A DNA stretch of 64,000 nt from an uncultured Planctomycetaceae bacterium (GCA_964536835.1 CAZIAZ010000004.1:18861-82860); one strand, 5' to 3'. Positions 36,182-46,139 are shown, counted from the stretch's first letter. Numbers and translations are program-made. Notes: generated from the sequence alone by a model not told the origin.

Positions 36182-37726
36182 CTAAAACAATGCTCCGTAT
36201 ATCATGCCGCTTATAGTGGCCATCACAACCACCAAAGATACAAAAACAATTGTCTTTCTCGCACCAAGTACGCTTGCGATAACCAACATACTCGGCAGAC
36301 TAAGCGCAGGGCCAGCCAACAGTAACGCAAGCGCAGGGCCCTTGCCCATACCAGCGCCGATGAGACCCTGAAGTATCGGCACTTCGGTCAGCGTCGCAAA
36401 ATACATGAAAGCGCCGAATATACTGGCAAATAAATTCGTCCAAACCGGCCATACCGACCTTGCAAAACTCTCGAACGCTCCGCCGCCCCAGCCGGTGATT
36501 TCCAGCATACGGTTCGGGCTGTCACCTACAAGCATCTCGACATATCTGCCGGGAATGAATCCTTCATGGTCAGGCCGGCCAAGTAAAAAACCAGCTGCAA
36601 GCACGCCGAAAAACAGCAGCGGCAGAATCTGCTTGGCAAATCCCCATGACTGAGCGAACCATTCTCCGCCTTCGCCCTTATCGGTACTGAGAATGACGGA
36701 TAGGCCGACCGTTCCGGCAGTAAATGGAATAAGCACCCATAGGCCATCCGACGGCAACCACAAGGCCAGTACCGCGGGCGGTATCGCCGCAAACAGAACT
36801 TTCCACCATGCCACGGCAAACCAGAATATAAGTACCAATCCTAACGCTATACAGAATACGGATGAAATCTGCCACTTGTACTTCCATACTGCTGTCCATA
36901 AACCCGGAATAGGATTTTTGGACGAAATGGAAGTTGTCGCCACATCCATCTCCTTACCCATATCCCGGCCATCGAGGATTTTTACGCGATATGTCGCACC
37001 TGTCGCCGAGATATCTTCAGGCGACTTGGTTATCGCCGCCTTAAAGGTTTGTCCGTTATTCAAAACGAATTCGTAATTGTTCGGCGCTCCCCAGTTCACA
37101 AAAACCAGAATCGCAACCATTATGAAGAAAAATATCGAATTCTGCCACAGCGGTCTTGATACTTCCGGTTCTGGCATAGCCAGCTGGCTGTCAGCCTTTG
37201 CAACCTCTTCCTTGCGATAGATAAAGTGCATCATCAGGCCTATGACTACACTGAACGTTATCGCTCCGACTGCACGGGCGATACCGAGTTCCAGACCGAG
37301 AATTCGCGCGGTCAGGATAATGGCCAATATATTTATTGCAGGTCCGGAATACAGAAACGCCGTCGCAGGCCCCAGGCCAGCACCCATCTTGTATATTCCG
37401 GCAAATAGCGGCAGCACGGTACATGAACACACAGCCAGAATGGTGCCCGACACGGCAGCTACGCCGTAGGCTAATACTTTATTAGCCTTCGCGCCGAGGT
37501 ATTTCATAACCGATGCCTGAGAAATGAAAACGCCTATTGCACCGGCAATGAAAAACGCAGGAACAAGACACAACAACACGTGTTCACGGGCATACCATTT
37601 AGCCAGTTGCAACGATTCGGTTATGCCGCTGTTGAACCTGCCCCAGTTGACCGGCAGCCAGAAAACCGCAATAAATACGGCCGCCAGCCAGAACATTTTT
37701 TCCCATTCAGTTTTCCAGTCGGTCAT
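36182..37726 (-). CDS. YraQ/ArsP-type permease with a ~130-aa central insertion
   Basis: Polytopic, with the conserved AVCSCTVLPLF motif. The hydrophilic insert NNYEFVLNNGQTFKAAITKSPEDISATGATYRVKILDG... lies between the two permease halves. Confidence 0.7.
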   Translation of the reverse strand: MTDWKTEWEKMFWLAAVFIAVFWLPVNWGRFNSGITESLQLAKWYAREHVLLCLVPAFFIAGAIGVFISQASVMKYLGAKANKVLAYGVAAVSGTILAVCSCTVLPLFAGIYKMGAGLGPATAFLYSGPAINILAIILTARILGLELGIARAVGAITFSVVIGLMMHFIYRKEEVAKADSQLAMPEPEVSRPLWQNSIFFFIMVAILVFVNWGAPNNYEFVLNNGQTFKAAITKSPEDISATGATYRVKILDGRDMGKEMDVATTSISSKNPIPGLWTAVWKYKWQISSVFCIALGLVLIFWFAVAWWKVLFAAIPPAVLALWLPSDGLWVLIPFTAGTVGLSVILSTDKGEGGEWFAQSWGFAKQILPLLFFGVLAAGFLLGRPDHEGFIPGRYVEMLVGDSPNRMLEITGWGGGAFESFARSVWPVWTNLFASIFGAFMYFATLTEVPILQGLIGAGMGKGPALALLLAGPALSLPSMLVIASVLGARKTIVFVSLVVVMATISGMIYGALF

Positions 37727-37730
37727 TTTC

Positions 37731-38918
37731 CTATCCCTTAACTTTCAGTTTGAACCAGCCCTGTGTTCTCAGGCAGATTTTGACGAGCATGAGCATCACT
37801 GGTACTTCAATAAGCACACCCACGACCGTCGCCAGGGCGGCACCTGATGACAGCCCGAAAAGCATCGTTGCCGTCGCTATCGCAACCTCAAAATGGTTCG
37901 ACGCGCCAATCATTGCCGCAGGTGCAGCATCCTGATACGGCAGACGCAGCACTTTCGCCCACCAGTAACCCAGGCAGAATATGAACATGGTCTGGATAAA
38001 CAACGGAACGGCTATCCAGAGTATTGTCAGCGGATTCGCCAGTATTACTGCTCCTTTGAAACTGAACAACAGCACAAGCGTAATGAGCAACGCAACTATC
38101 GTCACCGGCGTCAGCCAATGGAGGAATTTCCGATTGAACCACTCCAGACCTTTGGTGCGAATCATAAGTTGCCGGCTGAGATATCCTGCCACCAACGGTA
38201 AGGCTACGTATATAGATATGGACAACAGCAACGCCTGCCACGGCACGGGCAGCTGCCCAACGCCCAGCAGAAATCCGCCAAGCAACCCGTAAAGCAGCAG
38301 CATCGTAAGTGAATTTATCGCCACCATCACCAGCGTCAGTCCGTCGTTACCGCGAGCCAGATAACCCCACACTAACACCATGGCGGTACACGGTGCAACG
38401 CCCAGCAGAATACAGCCGGCCAGGTAACTCCGCCATAGCGGAACCTGCAACATTTTTACGCCTTCATGCAAGATTACCGTACCTGCACCGTGTTGTGCGC
38501 CGACTGGTAAATCAAGGCCGAAAGGCATTTTCACCAAATCCACGGCATCGGGGCCAATGAAGTTATAAAAAACCACCCCGAGAAAAAACATAGCGATGGC
38601 ATACATGGTAAAAGGTTTTATGGCCCAGTTGACAAAAAGTGTCAGTCCGACGGCTTTTACATTCTTGCCGGCTTTGACTGCTTGAGCGAAGTCTATCTTG
38701 ACCATGATGGGATACATCATGAAAAACAGGCATATCGCAATGGGAATGGAAACCACCGGGGCATCATGGACGTAAATTGCCATTGCATCCAGTCGGGTCG
38801 CCAAATCTGGCGAGAATTTTCCCAGCAATATTCCGCCGACGATACAAAGCAAAACCCACAGTGAAAGATACCGCTCAAAAATGTTCGTCATTTTACGTTG
38901 CGATTCATTTTGATTCAT
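37731..38918 (-). CDS. acr3: ACR3-family arsenite efflux transporter
   Basis: [20 protein letters not shown] and [19 protein letters not shown] are typical ACR3 helices. An alternative start is MTNIFERY at 38891. Confidence 0.88.
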   Translation of the reverse strand: MNQNESQRKMTNIFERYLSLWVLLCIVGGILLGKFSPDLATRLDAMAIYVHDAPVVSIPIAICLFFMMYPIMVKIDFAQAVKAGKNVKAVGLTLFVNWAIKPFTMYAIAMFFLGVVFYNFIGPDAVDLVKMPFGLDLPVGAQHGAGTVILHEGVKMLQVPLWRSYLAGCILLGVAPCTAMVLVWGYLARGNDGLTLVMVAINSLTMLLLYGLLGGFLLGVGQLPVPWQALLLSISIYVALPLVAGYLSRQLMIRTKGLEWFNRKFLHWLTPVTIVALLITLVLLFSFKGAVILANPLTILWIAVPLFIQTMFIFCLGYWWAKVLRLPYQDAAPAAMIGASNHFEVAIATATMLFGLSSGAALATVVGVLIEVPVMLMLVKICLRTQGWFKLKVKG

Positions 38919-38936
38919 ATCTTCCCCTTGTAAAAT

Positions 38937-39755
38937 TCATGGCTTACCGGCTGTGAAATTTACGCTCACGATATAGTCAGAAAAAGTTTCACCCTGCGGA
39001 AACTTTTTTTTGACTTCCCGATAAAGCGGGTCGTTGCAGTCAGCCATTATGTCTATGTCGTATTTTTTTTCTTCGATGGTCATTCCAACAAGCCCGGCCT
39101 GCTCAGCCATATTTCTGGTCTGCTCGACAAGCACCGCACCGGCAACGCAACTTACGATTGCCGCCGCACTTTCAATAACGCCTTGCGGCAACGGTTTTTT
39201 CAATGCAAGGTCGGAAACGCATGCCTTACCGCCATGTTTTAAAACACGTGCGATTTCATTCCATACCTGCTGCTTGTCCGGCGAGAGATTGATTACGCAG
39301 TTCGATATTACAACGTCTATGGACAAATCGGCGACCGGCAGATGCTCTATCTCTCCGAGACGGAATTCCACATTGCTCAAGCCGGTGTTTCCGGTAAACG
39401 ATGCAATCGACGCTCTCGACTTCGTAAGCATTTCGGCAGTCATATCGACGCCTATCGAAATGCCTTGAGGGCCGACTTTTTTTGCGGCTATAAAAACGTC
39501 GAATCCGCCTCCGCTACCCAAATCCAGCACAACCTGTCCGGGCTTGAGATTCGCCATCGCCGTTGGATTGCCGCAAGAAAGACCCATATTCGCACCTTCC
39601 GGCAGAGAATCCAGTTCTTCGCCGCTATATCCTACCGCACGGGCAAGGTTCGCCGACGATGGGCTTCCGCAACAACAACACGATTTGCCCTTTGCGATTT
39701 CGCCGTATCCTGCCCGTACCGTTTGTCTGATTTTTTCGCCTATTTCATCCACCAC
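38937..39755 (-). CDS. arsM: Arsenite S-adenosylmethionine methyltransferase
   Basis: SAM motif [13 protein letters not shown]-terminal Cys cluster KSCCCCGS, and a further Cys in LSCGNP. Confidence 0.85.
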   Translation of the reverse strand: MVDEIGEKIRQTVRAGYGEIAKGKSCCCCGSPSSANLARAVGYSGEELDSLPEGANMGLSCGNPTAMANLKPGQVVLDLGSGGGFDVFIAAKKVGPQGISIGVDMTAEMLTKSRASIASFTGNTGLSNVEFRLGEIEHLPVADLSIDVVISNCVINLSPDKQQVWNEIARVLKHGGKACVSDLALKKPLPQGVIESAAAIVSCVAGAVLVEQTRNMAEQAGLVGMTIEEKKYDIDIMADCNDPLYREVKKKFPQGETFSDYIVSVNFTAGKP

Positions 39756-39794
39756 AGGTCACCTCGACAAAAGTTTGAAATGTTTAAACAAAAA

Positions 39795-40163
39795 TCAAAT
39801 TATATCGCCATATTCTTTCAACCGCTGCTCAAGCATGTTCGTTATACAATCCATAAAACTCAGTATACACGGCATAGCCAGACTGTAGTAGATATTCAGG
39901 CCTTGTTTGCGGTCGCTGATAAGCCCCGCCGTTTTCAGCACCGAAAGATGGCGGGAAACGGTGGACATATCACTGCCTATTATTTTCTGGAGTTCACAGA
40001 CACACCGCTCGCCGCAGGCAAGTTCATCAATTACAAGCAGTCTCGCAGGATGAGCCAGAGCCTTGAGAACCTCAGCACGGGCGGCGTATTTTTTCATGTC
40101 TGCAGCAGTGCGTGGAGCTGCTTTTCTCCTGCAGATATTTTTTGTTTTACATGTCGTTTTCAT
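39795..40163 (-). CDS. arsR: ArsR/SmtB-family metalloregulator
   Basis: [49 protein letters not shown]. The start is uncertain: ATG 40163 or 40097. Confidence 0.85.
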   Translation of the reverse strand: MKTTCKTKNICRRKAAPRTAADMKKYAARAEVLKALAHPARLLVIDELACGERCVCELQKIIGSDMSTVSRHLSVLKTAGLISDRKQGLNIYYSLAMPCILSFMDCITNMLEQRLKEYGDII

Positions 40164-40251
40164 TTGAATTACCTTTTCCGATTGCCAACTCATGTGGCAT
40201 TTGCAGTTTTCACATTTTCAGGATTCATTAAAGCTCGCTTCATAACGACAT

Positions 40252-40422
40252 TAGAACCTATCCCAAAAACCTTGGCTGCCTGCAATCGGTCTTTTGCAGC
40301 CTAGCGGCGTCAGAAAAACGGCAGAATATGTTTTTTTAAAAAGTATGCTGCCATTTTTCTTCCTTGCCAGCCCGCAAAATTGCTCGATTTCGGCGACGCC
40401 CATGTTTTTGGGATAGGTTCTA
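40252..40422. mobile_element. Palindromic MITE-like repeat, archetype of the TAGAACC-type (171 bp)
   Basis: Perfect 19-bp TIRs tagaacctatcccaaaaac / gtttttgggataggttcta. The two arms are imperfect reverse complements over about 75 nt each. Confidence 0.8.
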
Positions 40423-40741
40423 CTTATAAAATCAAATTTGCTCACGGCAATATCACTCGTCGAAACTTTTTATATACCGAATCTGTTTTCATGGCAACAA
40501 ATTATGTCTATTTGGCAATATAACCAAATAGCCAATGTATTACAATAATAAAATAAAATATGTGCCTGTTTTTTTTAGTGCAGTTCTCAGAATTATTTTC
40601 ATTTTGAGATTGCTGCAAGTTTTCCTGCCATCTTTGATATGCCTTTATGGATGCCGGTCGATTTTCAGCAGCCTTTACTTTTTTGTAGAAAATCGAAAAA
40701 TAGATACATCGGGCAACCCCGTGACATTCTGTAAGGAAGTA

Positions 40742-40801
40742 ATAAAAAAAAACGCGGCGAATTGTTTTCGTATGTTTCCATACAAATGCAATTCACCGCG
40801 T
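40742..40801 (-). terminator. Intrinsic terminator downstream of the GGGtGRT gene
   Basis: Minus strand AACGCGGTGAATTG..CAATTCGCCGCGTT followed by T9, about 70 nt after the stop at 40872. Confidence 0.7.
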
Positions 40802-40871
40802 TCTTTTATAAAATTTATAAAATTTCCACAGCCGACACTAGAGGGCGTTCTCAATTTTCGTCGGCAATTTT

Positions 40872-41870
40872 TTATTTCATTGCCTGTTCGACGGCTACCG
40901 CGACAGCCACCGATGCGCCGACCATCGGGTTGTTACCCATACCGATGAGGCCCATCATTTCCACGTGTGCCGGCACTGACGACGAGCCTGCAAACTGGGC
41001 GTCTGAATGCATACGGCCCATGGTATCGGTCATGCCGTAGCTAGCCGGGCCGGCAGCCATGTTGTCCGGATGAAGCGTTCTGCCAGTGCCACCGCCGGAG
41101 GCTACCGAGAAGAATTTTTTGTTCTGCTCGCAGCATTCCTTCTTGTACGTACCCATTACAGGGTGCTGGAAACGCGTGGGGTTTGTACTGTTGCCGGTAA
41201 TAGCCACGTCCACGCCTTCGTGATGCATGATGGCAACGCCTTCGCGGACGTCATCGGCGCCGTAGCACTTGACCTTGGCGCGTTCGCCTTCGGAGTAAGC
41301 TCGTTCCCAGACGATTTCGAGTTTGCCGGTTGCGTAGTCGAATTTGGTCTGTACGTGAGTAAAACCGTTGATACGGCTGATGATGTGTGCGGCGTCTTTG
41401 CCAAGGCCGTTGAGTATTACGCGAAGCGGCTCTTTGCGGGCTTTGTTGGCACTGCGTGCAATGCCGATTGCGCCTTCAGCCGCGGCGAACGATTCATGCC
41501 CGCAGCAGAAAGCGAAACACTTGGTTTTGTCGCGGAGCAGCATGGATGCCAGATTTCCGTGGCCGAGGCCGACCTTGCGGTCGTCGGCTACGCTGCCGGG
41601 TATGCAGAAACTCTGAAGGCCTTCGCCGAGAGTTTCCGCTATGTCATAAGCCTTCTTTTGGTCCTTCTTTATCGCCACAGCCGCACCGACCGTGTATGCC
41701 CAGCATGCGTTTTCAAAGCATATGGGCTGAACTTCCTTGACAAGTTTGTAAACGTCAACGCCTTTTGCCTTGCAGATTTCGGCGCATTCTTCAACGCTCT
41801 TTATGCCGTATTTTTCAAGAAGCGCGGTTATCTGGGCAATTCGGCGGTCATATCCTTCAAATAAAGCCAT
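40872..41870 (-). CDS. GGGtGRT-family protein (function unknown)
   Basis: Contains the eponymous motif SGGGTGRTLHPDN. 332 aa. Confidence 0.85.
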   Translation of the reverse strand: MALFEGYDRRIAQITALLEKYGIKSVEECAEICKAKGVDVYKLVKEVQPICFENACWAYTVGAAVAIKKDQKKAYDIAETLGEGLQSFCIPGSVADDRKVGLGHGNLASMLLRDKTKCFAFCCGHESFAAAEGAIGIARSANKARKEPLRVILNGLGKDAAHIISRINGFTHVQTKFDYATGKLEIVWERAYSEGERAKVKCYGADDVREGVAIMHHEGVDVAITGNSTNPTRFQHPVMGTYKKECCEQNKKFFSVASGGGTGRTLHPDNMAAGPASYGMTDTMGRMHSDAQFAGSSSVPAHVEMMGLIGMGNNPMVGASVAVAVAVEQAMK

Positions 41871-41886
41871 TTCAGCTACTCCTAAA

Positions 41887-42582
41887 TTATTCGTGACGCG
41901 GGTTGATGAATTTTACGCCTTCGGCAAAACGGCCGTAAGTGCCAAAAGCCTTCTTGAAGGCTTCGCCTGGTTCCATGCCCTTCTTGACGATGTTGTCCAT
42001 CATCACGCCGAGTTTGACGTATTCGTAACCGATGACTTCATCGTTGTCGTCGAGGGCCATCCTGGTTACGTAGCCTTCTGCGATTTCCAGGTAACGCACG
42101 CCTTTTGCGCTTGTGCCGAACATTGTGCCCGTAACGCTGCGAAGGCCTTTGCCGAGGTCTTCAAGCCCTGCGCCTATCGGCAAGCCGTTTTCACTGAATG
42201 CCGACTGGCTGCGGCCATAAACTATCTGCAAAAACAACTCGCGCATCGCGGTATTGATGGCGTCACAGACGAGGTCGGTATTGAGGGCTTCGAGGATGGT
42301 TTTGCCTGGCAGGATTTCGGCAGCCATCGCAGCCGAGTGCGTCATGCCCGTGCATCCGAGCGTTTCAACCAGCGCCTCTTCTATTATTCCATTTTTAACG
42401 TTCAACGTAAGCTTGCACGCACCCTGCTGCGGAGCGCACCAGCCTACGCCATGCGTAAATGCCGAAATGTCCCTGATTTCCTTCGCCTGCACCCATTTAC
42501 CCTCTTCGGGTATCGGAGCCGGGCCGTTCTTGGGGCCGCGGGCGACCTTGCACATCTCTTTGACTTCCGATGAAAATTCCAT
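41887..42582 (-). CDS. NifU/IscU-like Fe-S scaffold-domain protein, usual partner of GGGtGRT
   Basis: Cys-containing N-terminal half (GWCAPQQGACKL, LGCTGMTHSAAMA). Start trimmed to MEFSSEVKE (ATG 42582, AGGAG upstream). Confidence 0.6.
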   Translation of the reverse strand: MEFSSEVKEMCKVARGPKNGPAPIPEEGKWVQAKEIRDISAFTHGVGWCAPQQGACKLTLNVKNGIIEEALVETLGCTGMTHSAAMAAEILPGKTILEALNTDLVCDAINTAMRELFLQIVYGRSQSAFSENGLPIGAGLEDLGKGLRSVTGTMFGTSAKGVRYLEIAEGYVTRMALDDNDEVIGYEYVKLGVMMDNIVKKGMEPGEAFKKAFGTYGRFAEGVKFINPRHE

Positions 42583-42852
42583 CAAAAATTCTCCTGACTT
42601 CAAAAAAGTTTCCAGAACCACACCCTTCCAGCCTGTCCAGACCGTTATCCGGGAGGTTGTTAAAATGGGTTCTTTAACACACGGGATACCGGCGAAACAG
42701 TATACAGGCAAACCCCCGAATTTCAAAACAATTTGTACACCATGTACCTTATTGAAGGCGATTTTCAAAAAATTCTGCGTAAATGATGAGCGCAAAAAAA
42801 ATCCCCTGGCGGGGCTATTGGTCAGTTACGACATTTTTGTTTTTAATTTTTT

Positions 42853-43254
42853 TTACTTATCTGTTCTTGTCTTTCCGGACTCAGCCAGAAGTATTTGGAG
42901 ATTCTCGACCACTTCGTCGGGGTCGAACGGTTTTATGAAGTAACCGTCGGCGCCGGCTTCTATGCCTTTTTGGCGACACTCCGGCGAGTCCATCGCCGTC
43001 AGCATGATAATAGGCACGCCTCGGTTATCTTCCTGCCGAATGGCCCGGCACGCCGCAAAGCCATCCATTTCCGGAAGCATAACGTCAAGAAGAATGGCGT
43101 CCGGCTTGACCGAGCGGTGTTTTTCCACAGCTTCCCTACCGCTGTAGGCTGGCACGGAGTCCATTCCGTGAAGAGCGAGCAACTCACGCTGAAGTTCATT
43201 CATTTCAGCATCGTCTTCAACAACCAGAATTACGGGATTTTCTGATACCATCAA
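42853..43254 (-). CDS. Stand-alone response-regulator receiver domain (CheY-like)
   Basis: ILVVEDD, phospho-acceptor context ILLDVMLPEMDG, and the KPF motif. No output domain. Confidence 0.88.
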   Translation of the reverse strand: MMVSENPVILVVEDDAEMNELQRELLALHGMDSVPAYSGREAVEKHRSVKPDAILLDVMLPEMDGFAACRAIRQEDNRGVPIIMLTAMDSPECRQKGIEAGADGYFIKPFDPDEVVENLQILLAESGKTRTDK

Positions 43255-43386
43255 CTGGACAACTCATTTTAAGTTCGGGCGGAGAAAATACCCACCCATG
43301 CTACTTATTAATTACGCTATCTTTACCTAAAAAGGGGCTATAAAATCAATAATCTTCTTACCAAAATTTAAAAATTTTTATAAAAT

Positions 43387-43941
43387 ATGCTAATTCAACC
43401 CGTTGCGATTATGTTATTCTGGTGCACCATGACCGAAAACAGGATTAAACAGATTTTACTGCCCGACATTGCGACAATTCGCAAAGCCGTTGACATATAC
43501 ATGAAACACGCATGGATTACCCCGCCCGGCGAACAGTTTACGTCTCAACTGCCGCCAGCCGGCGATTTCGACCCGATTACATGGATTATGGGCGAAATGG
43601 TCGAGCGGGATTACATGGGCGATGAAAAATTACCCGATAATCTGAAATCGGCGGCTTTTCGGCTGGGCAATACATTTTATCCGAACATGAAGCTGCGGCT
43701 TACCAGAATGCCAAATAGCAATGAGTTCCTCTTCAGCGTGGACAGTCACGACGCCATCTTACAGGCGCCTGAGGGCACGCCTGACCACGCCATGTTGGAG
43801 GAACTCAAGGCCGCCAATGCCCAGATTACGGAGGCTGTCCTCGCAGAGTGGGACACGGCGGGCATAATGACGGAGCGCAATTATCTTCGTCTGAAAATTC
43901 AACAGGCAAAAAACCGGAAAGTTTCGGAAAATCGGTCTTGA
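43387..43941 (+). CDS. Hypothetical protein
   Basis: ORF ending 3 nt before the nadB start. No motif recognised. An alternative start is ATG 43429 (MTENRIKQ). Confidence 0.45.
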   Translation: MLIQPVAIMLFWCTMTENRIKQILLPDIATIRKAVDIYMKHAWITPPGEQFTSQLPPAGDFDPITWIMGEMVERDYMGDEKLPDNLKSAAFRLGNTFYPNMKLRLTRMPNSNEFLFSVDSHDAILQAPEGTPDHAMLEELKAANAQITEAVLAEWDTAGIMTERNYLRLKIQQAKNRKVSENRS

Positions 43942-43944
43942 ATC

Positions 43945-45594
43945 ATGATTACTTCATATCTAACAAGGCGTTATCTCGTCAGTTTCTCATTTCGCCGGCT
44001 GGGCCATATTTTTACCGACGTACTGATAATCGGCACAGGCTGCGCCGGCATGAGGGCTGCACTGACAGCCTCAGCCGCCGGTGAAGTCATCCTGACCTCC
44101 AAATGCAAACTGCCCGAAAGCAATACCTACTACGCCCAGGGCGGCATGGCTGCCGTCATGGACGCCGACGACTGTTTTGAACATCACATCGAAGATACGC
44201 TGCGCACCGGCGTAGGCTTGTGCGATGAGGACGTAGTGAATCGCTGCATTCACGAGGCGCCCGTTCACGTACGACAGTTACAGGACTGGGGATTGCATTT
44301 TGACGTCGGCGAAGACGGTTACGTTTCATTGGGACGCGAGGGCGGCCATGGAGCAAATCGCATAGTCCACGCCGAGGGCGACGCCACCGGCAAGGCGATT
44401 TTCAATACGCTCCTTGAAAAAGTCCGCCAGGTAAACAACATCAAAATTTTTGAAGAATGTTTCGTGCTTGACCTGCTTACCGACCCGCCAGCCGGCGGAG
44501 AAGGCTCACGTTGTATCGGGGCGATAACATATCATCCGCGATACGGCATGCAGGTCATTCATGCCCGCCAAATCATTTTAGCCAGCGGCGGAGCGGGCAA
44601 ACTCTGGCGGGAGACATCAAATCCGGCGTGTGCGACGGCTGACGGCCTGGCGATAGCCTTTCGCGCAGGGGCCATGCTCGCAGACATGGAAATGATGCAG
44701 TTTCATCCGACGACGCTGTACGTCGCCGGCTCGTCGCGCTCGCTCATCAGCGAAGCCGTCCGCGGCGAAGGCGCCCTTCTGCTTGACAAGGACGGCAGAC
44801 GCTTCATGCCCGATTATCACGAAATGGCGGAACTCGCACCACGAGACGTCGTCAGCCAGGCAATTCTCGACACGTTGGCAAAAACCGCCGCAACGCACGT
44901 TTTCCTCGATATCCGGCCGATGGGCGGCGAGTATTTCCGCAAAAGATTTCCAGGCATAGACCGCAGATGCAGGGAGTTCGGCATAGATCCCGTAAAAAAT
45001 CTCATACCGGTTCATCCGGCGGCACACTATATGATAGGCGGCGTAAAGGTGGATTTGGACTGCCATACGTCTCTGGAAAATCTTCTTGCCTGCGGCGAGG
45101 CGGCGTGTACGTATCTGCACGGGGCAAACAGGCTGGCGTCGAATTCACTGCTGGAGGCGCTGGTCTTCGGCCATCAGGCCGGCAAAGTGGCAGGCGAATC
45201 GCTGACGCAAAACAACATCACGCCATATAACGAAATAAACTGGAAAATCCAGCCGTCCGACAGCACCGAACTTGACATGAGCGATATCCGCAATTCGCTG
45301 CGCAGCCTGATGTGGCGCAACGTCGGCGTAGTGCGGTTCGGCAAGCATCTTTCGGAGGCAATCGACATAATCGACTTCTGGGGCAGATACGTGATGGACA
45401 AGGAATTTTTCAACGACCCCGGCAGTTGGGAAGTTCAGAACATGCTTACGTCGGCGCGAATGATGGCTGAACTCGCCGTCCGTCGTACGGAATCCCGCGG
45501 CGTACACTACCGCAGTGATTTCCCGCGCATAAACGAAGACTGGGCCAGGCATCAGAAAATCCGCCGTACGCCCGAACAGCTTGTCGTCGACTAG
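43945..45594 (+). CDS. nadB: L-aspartate oxidase
   Basis: FAD motif VLIIGTGCAGMRAAL, YAQGGMAA, HPTT.., SRGVHYRSDFP. Confidence 0.92.
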   Translation: MITSYLTRRYLVSFSFRRLGHIFTDVLIIGTGCAGMRAALTASAAGEVILTSKCKLPESNTYYAQGGMAAVMDADDCFEHHIEDTLRTGVGLCDEDVVNRCIHEAPVHVRQLQDWGLHFDVGEDGYVSLGREGGHGANRIVHAEGDATGKAIFNTLLEKVRQVNNIKIFEECFVLDLLTDPPAGGEGSRCIGAITYHPRYGMQVIHARQIILASGGAGKLWRETSNPACATADGLAIAFRAGAMLADMEMMQFHPTTLYVAGSSRSLISEAVRGEGALLLDKDGRRFMPDYHEMAELAPRDVVSQAILDTLAKTAATHVFLDIRPMGGEYFRKRFPGIDRRCREFGIDPVKNLIPVHPAAHYMIGGVKVDLDCHTSLENLLACGEAACTYLHGANRLASNSLLEALVFGHQAGKVAGESLTQNNITPYNEINWKIQPSDSTELDMSDIRNSLRSLMWRNVGVVRFGKHLSEAIDIIDFWGRYVMDKEFFNDPGSWEVQNMLTSARMMAELAVRRTESRGVHYRSDFPRINEDWARHQKIRRTPEQLVVD

Positions 45595-45685
45595 AACACC
45601 TATATCAAAACCCTGGCTGCCTGCAATCGGCTCTTTTGCAGCCATGGCGGCGCCAGAAAAACGACAGAATATTTTTTAAAAAAAA
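45592..45685. mobile_element. Half copy of the TAGAACC-type MITE
   Basis: tagaacacctatatcaaaaccctggctgcctgcaatcggctcttttgcagccatggcggcgccagaaaaacgacagaatatttttta matches the left arm of 40252-40422. It begins with the nadB TAG stop. Confidence 0.65.
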
Positions 45686-45695
45686 TATAAAAAAA

Positions 45696-46139
45696 TCAGC
45701 CGCGGATAATTTTTACCGCTTGCGATACGTCTTTGCCGTTTATGGGGGCTGAGGCGGTTTTGAGAAATTTCATGGCTGCGCCGGTAGCCTGGCCGTCGTT
45801 GCCGGCTGATTTGACACTCTCAGCCGCGGCGGCATCGGCATTCAAAAATTTGACGATATCGTCCACTGACCACAGATGGGGAAGAAGTTCTTTTAATATT
45901 ACGTTTTCCTGGCGGAGTTTTTCGGCAGCCTGGGGATTTTTCGTCATTGACAGCGTTTCCTCATTGCTGGCAATGAGTTTACGGATAATTTTCACGACAG
46001 TCTCTTCAGTAATAGAGCCCTCGCGAGCTTCGGCGGTCTGAATTTCGCCCAGTACCAGCCGCAGGATGTTTCTGGTCAGTTCATCGCGTTCCTTCATGGC
46101 TTTGGTAATTCGCTGACGTATCGTATCAACAAGACTCAT
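45696..46139 (-). CDS. GatB/YqeY-domain protein
   Basis: MSLVDTIRQRITKAMKERDELTRNILRLVLGEIQ is the typical YqeY N-terminus. Confidence 0.85.
   Translation of the reverse strand: MSLVDTIRQRITKAMKERDELTRNILRLVLGEIQTAEAREGSITEETVVKIIRKLIASNEETLSMTKNPQAAEKLRQENVILKELLPHLWSVDDIVKFLNADAAAAESVKSAGNDGQATGAAMKFLKTASAPINGKDVSQAVKIIRG

Noticed and set aside
40251-40445. A 64-aa ORF, and the N-terminus of ORF 45145..45645, share the peptide PIAGSQGF, suggesting a conserved small protein
   Set aside because: Both lie inside copies of the same palindromic repeat. Conservation is at the nucleotide and hairpin level, reading frames are not preserved in copies A and B, and there is no RBS.
40535-40948. A 137-aa plus-strand ORF in the AT-rich spacer downstream of the GGGtGRT gene
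   Set aside because: It has a low-complexity, Phe/Ile-rich translation typical of AT-rich non-coding DNA. It runs antisense across the terminator hairpin and into the 3' end of the GGGtGRT gene.
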